Origin: Octopus sinensis
Taxonomy: Eukaryota
Length of the DNA stretch: 29,746 nucleotides
Assembly (NCBI RefSeq): GCF_006345805.1
Contig: NW_021832965.1
Coordinates: 1 to 29,746, forward strand
Direction: 5' to 3'
Part shown: in pieces, positions 21,214 through 29,746 of the stretch
How positions within the stretch are numbered: position 1 is the first letter of the stretch
Layout of the letters: each line of letters begins with the position of its first letter
Made by a program: the position numbers and the translations under genes
The notes under the pieces: model-generated
Told to the model about the DNA's origin: nothing
What the model saw: the letters and a program-made list of their open reading frames with translations, nothing else
Databases searched by the model: none

Positions 21214-21511
21214 CTGGGGCCGGCCTTCAAGAATTTTTAATCGAATGAGTCAAACCAGCACCAGTTCTTAAGCCTGGTACTTATTCTATCGTCCCTTTGA
21301 CGAACCGCTAGGTTATAGGGACGTGAACACACCAACACCAGTTATCAAAGGCACACACATATACGCATACACACACATATGTACGACGGGTTTTCTACAA
21401 AATCCACTCACAAGTCTTTGGTCGGCCTGAGACTACAGTAGAAGAAAGTCGTCCGAGATGTCACACAGTGTTGCTGAACCCAAATCTATGCGGCTAAGAA
21501 GTAAGCTTCTT
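21214..21511 (-). mobile_element. SINE family A, inverted relative to the 20841 copy
   Basis: gccttcaag...agcctggtacttattctatcg...aatccactcacaagtctttggtcggcctgagactacagtagaag...aagtaagcttct. Confidence 0.85.
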
Positions 21512-22050
21512 TATTTCATCACATTTGCCATGAAGGCAGTACATAGAGTAAAGTAGCTTTGCGGGCTGGACGAAGACATTTAATGAAATGAATGATAATG
21601 AAAGAAAGATGATAAGGATGGGAGAAGACAAAAAGCGCCCGCCGACTTCTGCTTCTCTAAAACATTGTTCTTTAAAACCAAACACAAACACAGAAGCAAG
21701 CTTCTTGCCACACAACCACATCTGTGCCACGAATATTTCATTAAGTGATTTTATTTTGAGAAAACATCGTACCGGTACGAATGTAAGACATGCAGTTTCT
21801 ATAAGATTGTGCAATGTGTTACATTTAAATTCTCGAAATATCTGGATATATCATAATATAGGCAAATCTGCCTCGAGTAAAAAACTAGTATAATGCCGTT
21901 CACATTTGTTTCAATAACGTGAGGTGACCTAACACGCATTATGTCTATAGACATTGGGTATGATGACAATTTTCTCATACATATTATACGTTACATATCA
22001 TATATATTCCTGTGGTAAAAATCTGGATTTTCTAATCACACCAAGCTTAC

Positions 22051-22132
22051 TATATCTATCTAATTGTCTATCTGTCTGTCTTTCTTTCTGTCTATGTCTG
22101 TCTGTCTGTCTTTCTATATGTCTGTCTGTATG

Positions 22133-22214
<82 letters not shown>

Positions 22215-22251
22215 CACCCAGCCATCTATCCATCCATCCATCCATCCATTC

Positions 22252-22331
<80 letters not shown>

Positions 22332-22340
22332 CTATCTATC
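22051..22340. repeat. Compound (TGTC/TATC)n-(CATC)8-CATT-(TATC)n microsatellite, left flank of the LINE
   Basis: Directly visible. Confidence 0.95.
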
Positions 22341-22562
22341 TCTCACAATGGACGGACGCTAGTCATATCGGCTCCACGTAAGTTGGCCACTTTTACATGT
22401 TTAAAACTCCTTGTTGTCAAATATTTTGTTTTAATCGTTGTGCAAGTTCATTCACTAAAAAACCTGAGAATTATTCACGTAGAATTCCGCCCCTGTATGG
22501 GCGAAATTACAAAAAAACTTTCAAAACTTTCGTGGGTTTTTTAGCCATTTTTCATTTTGAAA

Positions 22563-24566
22563 ATGGCAACTAGAAACCACGTGGCTAGCCCGCCAGTCAT
22601 GCAGAACGGTAGCAAAACACTATTGCTACCACTAGCTGCTAAACATCGCAGCGTGAACACCGCTGTCACCACCATCACCACCACCACCAACAACAACAAC
22701 AAAACTAACGTCGCATTCACCATCGCCGCGACCAAAGACATTAACTTAGAATTCCCCTCACTCCCCACACCACTTGTTGATGATAAAGGGACAGAGAAAG
22801 GGATTTCAAAAATGAATACAAACGAAAACATGAATGCCAGCACCACCACCATCACCACCAACAACAACAACAACGAAATTGGCACAAAGCCGCCTACCAA
22901 AGACAACACACACCGCCAACACCAACACCACTACTACGACGTCAAATGCTACATCCAAGCCTTCTGCTGCTAATACCGCCAACACCAACACCACTACCAT
23001 GACTTCAATTAACACTGCCACAATTAACACTTCTACTGCCAAATTCAAAACGAATTTTGCGGACGTAACAAAGCAAAAAAGAACAATTGTAACATTCACC
23101 ACACAAGAGATAAACCGCACAAAGGCACTCTTCTCCAAAGAAGGAGACAAATTGCACCTTCACATTCCACAACACATCGTGGAAAACACACAAAAAAAAC
23201 CAATAATTTATAAAGTAATAAACAAGAAAACAAGAAGAACAGAAAATGCACCGCAGGAAAAAATCGAAAAATGCCTTCGTCCTGCATGGGACTCCAAGGA
23301 ATATATCAGTTGGGGAAACAAATTTGGTACAGTCCAAGTACGTTTCCTCAACGAAAGTTTAGCAAAACGTTTTTCCACATTGGAGCTGCATTCGGACGAC
23401 TTGGTAATGATACCAATCTATTTAAACAAAAGGGTCACGAAAGTCCAAATAAAAAACATACCATTTGAAGTCGAAACACAATGGTTGGTCTCTGCCATCT
23501 GCTTTGAAATGACAGAGACAATGTCAGAGACAAACATCCTGGAAATCGCGGTTCTAGGAGAGAAAGACTATGCGGGCAAATCAATCGAATTCCTGCTTCA
23601 ATTGGATGAAGCAGCAAGAGAGAAGATACCCACCGCTATAGAACTGCCAGGAGGCTACAAACTCTATATAGTGGTAGAGGGCAGGCGACCACGCTGCTAT
23701 TTGTGTGGAAGCGAAACACACTTGAAAAAGACGTGCCCAACCACTGCACACCAAGAGCAACAACAACAACCACTACCACAACCAAAGCACTCCGGAAAAA
23801 AAGCTCTACTACCCACACCACCATCAACACAGAAGACAAGAGAAGCACACCAAGCTAATCCGTCATCAACCAAAACCCACTCACACCTGAAAAAATACCA
23901 ACACCACCAACAACAGCAAAACCCAAAGGAACAGAAAAACAAAGAAAACACACACAAACTGATCCCCCATCCCTTATACCGCACTCAACACACACAAACA
24001 CTCAACAACCAACAACAACGAAAACAACAACACAACCACTTACACAGACATACATAGAAGCCCACAACATACCCCTACCTCCTACTGATTCCTCAGAAAT
24101 TTCGTCGGAAGACGAAACCAGTGAGGAATGGCAAATAGCTACAAAAAGAAGGAAAATAAAGAGCAGAAACACACCAAACCAAATGCAAACACGAACAAAG
24201 CAGGGGGAATACATCTCACGAAGACATTTCAAAACCCAACGCAAACACAGCCACACCAACACCACAAAAATATATACAGCAAACATGCTCACAGCTATAG
24301 ACACCAAAAACACAAATTTGATGGAATACATCCAATCAAAAACAAACATAACAGAAGATGACATAAAAACAAACAATCACCCATACACAACACCACCAGA
24401 CCACATCAAAATATTACACATCTCCAAAAGTCTGCACCACACACTCAAAGGCATTTTCCCCAGCGCGGTTGGTAAATGCCAAAAATATCTCACAAAGAAA
24501 CTGTACTGGGATCTCCTCGAGGACAAACCAAAGAAGAGAAAGCAAAAACTTTCGAGCAGTAAGTAA
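22563..24566 (+). pseudogene. LINE ORF1 (gag-like nucleic-acid-binding protein), two frameshifts
   Basis: Three reading frames join end to end: 22563-~22910 (slip in acacacac), ~22910-~23860 (the track's 407-aa ORF, with KVQIKNIPFEV and CYLCGSETHLKKTC = CX2CX4HX4C at 23695-23736) and ~23860-24566. Confidence 0.85.
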
Positions 24567-24606
24567 CCCTCTGTTCCTTTCACTTGTATTCTAATTCATT
24601 AGGACT

Positions 24607-27159
24607 ATGATCAAGATTGGTTGTGTAAATGCGCGTGGCTTGGGGTCCCCTTGGAAACAAGGGTACCTCTTAAATGACATAAAGTCACATAAGTTAGAAA
24701 TCATAGCCATAAGTGAGACCAGACTCCACAATCCGCGGGCCCTAAAGACCATGTTTGGCGGACAGTTCAACATTTATTTTCCCCCCTGTCTGCCGAGAAT
24801 GGGCGGTAGTGGCACCGCGGTACTTTTTCACAAGAGTCTGGATCTCAAAGTAAGGACAATATTCGTAGACCCGGAGGGTAGACTGGTCGTCCTGGATGTC
24901 GACGGCAGCAATGGGTGCGCTTTTCGACTCGTATCAGTCTACGCACCGCCCTTAACAGGTCGGGCGGATTTCTTTCAACGTCTAGAAGTATTCTTGGGAA
25001 CGTCTCGTCCTTTACTCTTAGTGGGGGATTGGAATGCTACCTTGGACACGCATGTAGACTACGTGGGTAGAGATAGGAATAGACGGGGATGCAAATGCCT
25101 CAGAGACCTGCTCAGACGCTTTCAACTGTCTGACAGGTTCCGACTAGACCACCCGAATGCGCCAACGTGGACATGGAGCAACCGCATCGGGTCGTCGAGA
25201 TCGTATCTAGATAGGATACTGTGTAGGACAGTAGACAGAGATAGCATAGGATGTCCACAATTCCACATAGTCAGCTACACGGATCACAAACTTGTGACAT
25301 GTACGCTAGACTTAGGTAAGACACTTAGGCAGGGTCCCGGATACTGGAAACTAAACGCGTCTTTCCCATCGAGACAGGTTTTCAGAGACCGGATTAGCAC
25401 ACTAGTAAAGAGGGCTTTGACGGGAGCCATCATCAACAACAAATGGTGGTTTGCCCTCAAGAGAGCAGTAAAAGCAGAAGCGATTAGGTACAGCAAAGCA
25501 CTAGCCATAGATAGAAATAGAGTAGAGGGTGAGCTAGTTAAGAAGCTAGAAGAGGCAATTAGAAGCGGCATCGCATCCGACGTTTTGGCGGCGAGGTTGG
25601 CCCTCGACCAACACTTCAACGCCAAACACGAAGGTTGTGCTGTCAGAGCTAGGATGCGTGCTCTAAGGAACGAAGGTGTTGGAGCCGCGAGAGAGGCCCG
25701 GGTGGCAGAGGCGCAACAGGGCAACAAAGCCAACATTCGGTCACTGGTAGATGAACAGGGGCGCGAATTGCTCGAGCCAAGTAAAATGTGTGAGGCCTTT
25801 CAGCAGCATTTTGCCCGACTGTTCGGAACGAGTGGAGGGCAAGAACGTAGGGTGGACTTCAGTGCCTACCTACATAGCCTACCACGACTCTCGACAAGAA
25901 AGGCAGGGTGCTGCGAAGGTGCCATCACGGCGGCGGAAGTGCAGGAAGCGATGGCAGAATGCTCGGGGGACAAATCACCGGGTTTGGATGGTCTACCCTA
26001 CGAGCTTTACAATTGTATGCCAGACTTGTTTGGAGATCTCTTGGCGGCGGTGTACTGCAACTGGCAGCAAAACGGGAGCATTCCTGGTTTTGTGAGCCGA
26101 GGAGCCGTAACACTGCTGAAGAAAGATCTAAACAAGGGAAATGTAATAGATAACTTTAGGCCCATCACTCTGCTTAATGCAGACTTGAAAATTTTGGCCA
26201 AGGTGCTAGCCAAGAGGTTGGCGCTTGTCATCGAGAAACTGGTCGACAGGGCGCAAACATGCGCCGTGCCAGGCCGGACCATCCATGACAACCTCCACCT
26301 GATGCGCTACATCATAGACAGGGTAGTTAACGAACCTGGCATGGGTGGGGCGCTGATCAATTTGGATCAATCGAAAGCTTTCGATAGGGTGGACCATCGA
26401 TACTTGGAGGCGGTCCTCGGAGCGGCTGGCTTCGGCCCCGTCTTCCGCGGCTGGATAGCCGCTTTGTACAGAGGCATCCGTTCGGTAATTCGCGTGAATA
26501 GACATCTATCGAGACCCTTCGACATCGCACGTTCGGTCCGTCAGGGATGCCCCCTCTCGTCGCTTCTATACGTATTGACTCTCGAGCCATTATTGCGGAA
26601 GCTGGCAACCTTGAGAGGCATCCCGCGAGAACTGGGATGCGGGACGAGCGTGACTGCATACGCGGACGACGTCACCGTCATAGTGTCTAGCCACGAGCAC
26701 ATCGAGCAGGTCGGCGAGACACTGAAAAACTACGAAGCGGTGACAGGAGCAAAAATCAACCGGGAAAAGTCAGTGGGCTTGCGACTCGGCACCTGGAGAA
26801 GCAAGCCCATGCCGTCCACCAGCACCTCCGTCGTGGGACGCTGGACCGACGGCCCGGTTGAGTTGCTCGGGGTCTGGTTTGGTCCGGGCCTCCAAGTGGA
26901 GAAGAACTGGAACGAGATAACGAGTAGGGTGGTCACTCTCGCCCGGCAATGGGCCGAGAGGAAACTGTCCCTAAAAGGTCGGGCGGAGGTGGCGAACACG
27001 TACATCGCGTCCGTCATCTACTACCGCCTGACCGTCGTACCTTGTCCCGACCCTACCATCACCAAACACAACTACAACTACAACGCATTCTCTTTCGCTT
27101 CTTGTGGAAAGGATGCGTCCCGATGGTCAGGCAATCCATTTGCTGTCAACACCCGTTAA
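24607..27159 (+). CDS. LINE ORF2 apurinic endonuclease + reverse transcriptase (850 open codons; leaves the true frame at ~27066)
   Basis: APE motifs: NARGL, ISETR, SVYAP, GDWNA, YLDRI, TDHKLV. RT motifs: KSPGLDG, FRPITLLNADLKILAK, LDQSKAFDRVDH, RQGCPLS, AYADD, GAKINREKS. Confidence 0.95.
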   Translation: MIKIGCVNARGLGSPWKQGYLLNDIKSHKLEIIAISETRLHNPRALKTMFGGQFNIYFPPCLPRMGGSGTAVLFHKSLDLKVRTIFVDPEGRLVVLDVDGSNGCAFRLVSVYAPPLTGRADFFQRLEVFLGTSRPLLLVGDWNATLDTHVDYVGRDRNRRGCKCLRDLLRRFQLSDRFRLDHPNAPTWTWSNRIGSSRSYLDRILCRTVDRDSIGCPQFHIVSYTDHKLVTCTLDLGKTLRQGPGYWKLNASFPSRQVFRDRISTLVKRALTGAIINNKWWFALKRAVKAEAIRYSKALAIDRNRVEGELVKKLEEAIRSGIASDVLAARLALDQHFNAKHEGCAVRARMRALRNEGVGAAREARVAEAQQGNKANIRSLVDEQGRELLEPSKMCEAFQQHFARLFGTSGGQERRVDFSAYLHSLPRLSTRKAGCCEGAITAAEVQEAMAECSGDKSPGLDGLPYELYNCMPDLFGDLLAAVYCNWQQNGSIPGFVSRGAVTLLKKDLNKGNVIDNFRPITLLNADLKILAKVLAKRLALVIEKLVDRAQTCAVPGRTIHDNLHLMRYIIDRVVNEPGMGGALINLDQSKAFDRVDHRYLEAVLGAAGFGPVFRGWIAALYRGIRSVIRVNRHLSRPFDIARSVRQGCPLSSLLYVLTLEPLLRKLATLRGIPRELGCGTSVTAYADDVTVIVSSHEHIEQVGETLKNYEAVTGAKINREKSVGLRLGTWRSKPMPSTSTSVVGRWTDGPVELLGVWFGPGLQVEKNWNEITSRVVTLARQWAERKLSLKGRAEVANTYIASVIYYRLTVVPCPDPTITKHNYNYNAFSFASCGKDASRWSGNPFAVNTR

Positions 27160-28052
27160 AAGGAGGGCTGGGCATGCCGTGGTTGATGATGCGCAGACAC
27201 GCGCTGAGACTGCGACATCTCTGGCTCTATGTAGACGACGGTGAACAGGTGTGGTCGCCGTTTGTGAGGCACGCTTTCCCGCAGCTCGTCTCCATGACCG
27301 AACTGCAGTCGTGGATCAAAAAGAGGCCGAAGAAGGGCGAATGGCACCGCGAGTGTCGCGTTGCTCTCAAGCAACTCTGCCGTCCTGGGTCGACCTTGAG
27401 TGACTTCAACACACCAAAGCATTCTATAGGGGTTTAGTGGAGGGGAGGTACGACGACGAGCTCGGGGCGAACCTGGACGTCGACGAGGAGTACCTGACCC
27501 GCCTGTTCAGGACGTCTTTCGGGCCAGGGCCCATGGACAACTTCCAGAGATCCCTGGCCTGGCAGTGCTACCGAGAAGCGCTACCCGTTCGGGATAAGCT
27601 CTACAGACACGGCTCGAGAAACACGGGGCCGACCTGCCCGAGATGCGGTCAGAGCGACGAAACCGTTCTGCACGCACTCGTGCAGTGTCCAACAATTTCC
27701 GACCTGTGGTTTGGTCGAACAACTGCTGTCACGTGTGGGACGAGTCGGTTTATCAGCTGAGTCTATCGTTAATATTGTCACGCCTCCCTCCTTCAAACGG
27801 GAAGGAAGAGCTATTTTCATCATCCTTGTGGCTATGGCGAAAGAATGTATCTGGTGGACGCGTCTGAAAGGATTGGAGACAAACACTTTCCTCTCTGGTC
27901 AATCTCTCATCAACTTCTTCAAGTACCACTTGAAAAGGAAAGTGAGAGTAGAGAGGCAAGTTTTGTCTAGCGAATGTTTTAAAAAAAGATGGGTGAATGT
28001 AGCAAGAATGGCACGTGTGAATGACGAAGCCACCTTGAGCATGATCCTATGA
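27067..28052 (+). pseudogene. LINE ORF2 C-terminal region, split by frameshifts
   Basis: An 11-nt slippage insertion (cacaactacaa) at ~27067 and further shifts near 27410 and 27710 link LQRILFRFLWKG..GGLGMP, FYRGLVEG..CPRCGQSDETVLHALVQC and VEQLLSR..WVNVARM to the stop at 28052. Confidence 0.88.
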
Positions 28053-28428
28053 ACCCAGAAATTGAAAACAGAGAGTTGCTTATTTGCAAAAAAAAAAAAA
28101 AAGAAATATAACATGTGACTCCATTGACCGAGGTTACCGTGGTCTTTTCCGTAGGCTTTTCTTTCCACGGGTAAACCTCACCTGTCCTCCCTTTACACTT
28201 CATATTGACATTTCTGTGATAACGATCCCTATTGATCAAATTTTTTTTTTTTTTTTTCTCTCTCCCCCTTTTTTTTAACCCCCCTTTTTTTGTCCTCTTT
28301 CTCTCCTTTTACGATCCCTTTGATCGAAACTCCCCTTCCTTTTTTTTTTTTTTTAAACCTTCAAAGAAAAGCTCTACCTTGTAATTTGTTCTATCTGTGT
28401 GCAGCCCTGTGTGGCTAATAAAGAAACA

Positions 28429-28492
28429 TATCTATCTATCTATCCATCCATCCATCCATCCATCCATCCATCCATCCATTCATCCATCTATA

Positions 28493-28568
<76 letters not shown>
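28429..28568. repeat. (TATC)4-(CATC)8-CATT-(TATC)n microsatellite, right flank of the LINE (apparent target duplication)
   Basis: Same block order and spacing as 22199-22340. Confidence 0.93.
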
Positions 28569-28569
<1 letters not shown>

Positions 28570-28610
28570 GTATATGTATGTATAAGAGAGACCAGAAATG
28601 TGGCTTAAAA

Positions 28611-28692
28611 TTTATGACAGCTTTTCCGGTAGAATTTTATTGATGTATACATAGGTTACATCATAACATATAATCCGCCATCTTCAGGTAAG
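28611..28692 (-). ncRNA. Possible degenerate type I hammerhead motif
   Basis: Minus strand reads cttac-CTGAAGA-tggcgg...ctaccg-GAAA-agctg-TC-ataaa: the core is intact and each stem has one or more mismatches. Confidence 0.35.
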
Positions 28693-29204
28693 AATTGAAA
28701 CAAGTATCAAACAACTGAGATTATACAACGATCGTGATGTATGTACATATAAATACATTTTTGCATGTTTGTTTCTTAGATGGTGTGTAACTGTGTGTGT
28801 GTGTAGATATGTATATATAGGTGTTCGTAAAAAAGTCCAAATGTAATCCGAAGATTTTTTTTCCAACTTTATTAAAGTTTTGAGGGATTTGAGGTAGATT
28901 TGGCTGCCATCTCCAAACAACGAAGTTAAATCTTAAAGATATCAAGCTTTTCATCCAAGATGTAGATTTGAATAATGGCCAGCCATCAGGCTTCTTCCGA
29001 ACATAACATGTAAGCTTATCCGCCAATGATTTTAAAGATAAGAACCACTTGTATATAAATTTTGTGGCTATAATTGAGACTTAAATGGTTTTGATTGGTT
29101 TGTTGCCGCAGGGTATATGTAACATAAAACAAATTTTTAAAATGTGTCCAATATTGTCCTGGCATATGTTATGTCTATATACACCTCCCTTCACTTGCAC
29201 ATGT

Positions 29205-29225
29205 GTATATATACATAATGTTATA

Positions 29226-29282
<57 letters not shown>

Positions 29283-29334
29283 TGTGTGTGTGTGTTTTAT
29301 ATATATATATAATTACTATATATATATATATATA

Positions 29335-29377
<43 letters not shown>

Positions 29378-29657
29378 CTATGCATATAGATAATACACCA
29401 CAAACATACACACACATACACATACACATACATGTATTACACAAATGCACACATGCATAACTTCATGTACACTCACGCTCATACATATACATGCATACAT
29501 ATATTCATGCTTATTTATATGTATATATATATATATACATATATATGTATGTTTGTATGTATGTATGTATGTATATATATATATTTATACATATTTATAT
29601 ATATATAAACATATATATGTATATATATATATGCACATATTTGTGTGTCTGTGTGTG

Positions 29658-29692
<35 letters not shown>

Positions 29693-29712
29693 ATATATAT
29701 GCACACACACAG
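29205..29712. repeat. Compound (TA)n/(CA)n/(TG)n microsatellites
   Basis: Directly visible. Confidence 0.95.
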
Positions 29713-29746
29713 TCAGACATGTTATAAGCGAGACAAAAAGGGAGAG

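Larger units (their letters stand above)
22341..28428 (+). mobile_element. Full-length Tx1/L1-clade non-LTR retrotransposon (APE-RT type), now frameshifted
   Basis: ~220-nt 5' UTR, ORF1 with an RRM-like region and CCHC knuckle, a 40-nt spacer, ORF2 with APE-RT-zinc finger, and a pyrimidine-rich 3' UTR ending aataaagaaaca directly into (TATC)n. The clade is inferred from ORF architecture and motifs (VNARGL, GDWNATLD, QGCPLS, YADD, C-terminal CPRC..ETVLHALVQC). Confidence 0.93.

Noticed and set aside
24567-24606. ORF1-ORF2 spacer as a splice acceptor (pyrimidine tract, ctaat, tag|G)
   Set aside because: The putative branch point is only ~7 nt from the AG, and pyrimidine-rich spacers are ordinary in L1/Tx1 elements.
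25284-27886. Antisense and alternate-frame ORFs overlapping ORF2 (e.g. 25284..25736 on the minus strand)
   Set aside because: These are expected shadow ORFs of a GC-rich coding region, with no recognisable motifs.
28820-29050. Possible mariner C-terminal relic (DLA.., QPSGFF, KLIRQ*)
   Set aside because: The motifs are short, spread over different frames and could be chance.

Overview
Repeat-rich, AT-rich eukaryotic intergenic or intronic DNA, very probably from an octopus (inferred from recognition of the SINE families and microsatellite load, not from a database search). I recognise no host exon; nearly all short ORFs in the track are microsatellite artefacts. The dominant feature is a full-length (~6.1 kb) Tx1/L1-clade non-LTR retrotransposon at 22341-28428. 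It has a frameshifted gag-like ORF1 with a CCHC knuckle and an APE-RT ORF2 that is open for 850 codons and then frameshifted three times. It sits inside a (TATC)n microsatellite and is flanked by an apparent ~140-bp target duplication. Its 3' tail matches the 3' tail of one of the two tRNA-derived SINE families in the window. The first 9.2 kb hold a dense set of foldback (palindromic) elements carrying type I hammerhead-ribozyme motifs of several different sequence families. One still has a Penelope-like GIY-YIG remnant, and together they look like a series of progressively collapsed Penelope-derived inverted-LTR elements. Also present: an internally deleted DD37D (maT) Tc1/mariner fossil, a CR1-like 3' fragment, a Helitron 3' end inserted into a ~200-bp tandem repeat, more than a dozen SINE copies or fragments (nested, tandem and inverted) and long di-, tri- and tetranucleotide arrays. 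All alignments and folds were done by eye; boundaries are approximate.
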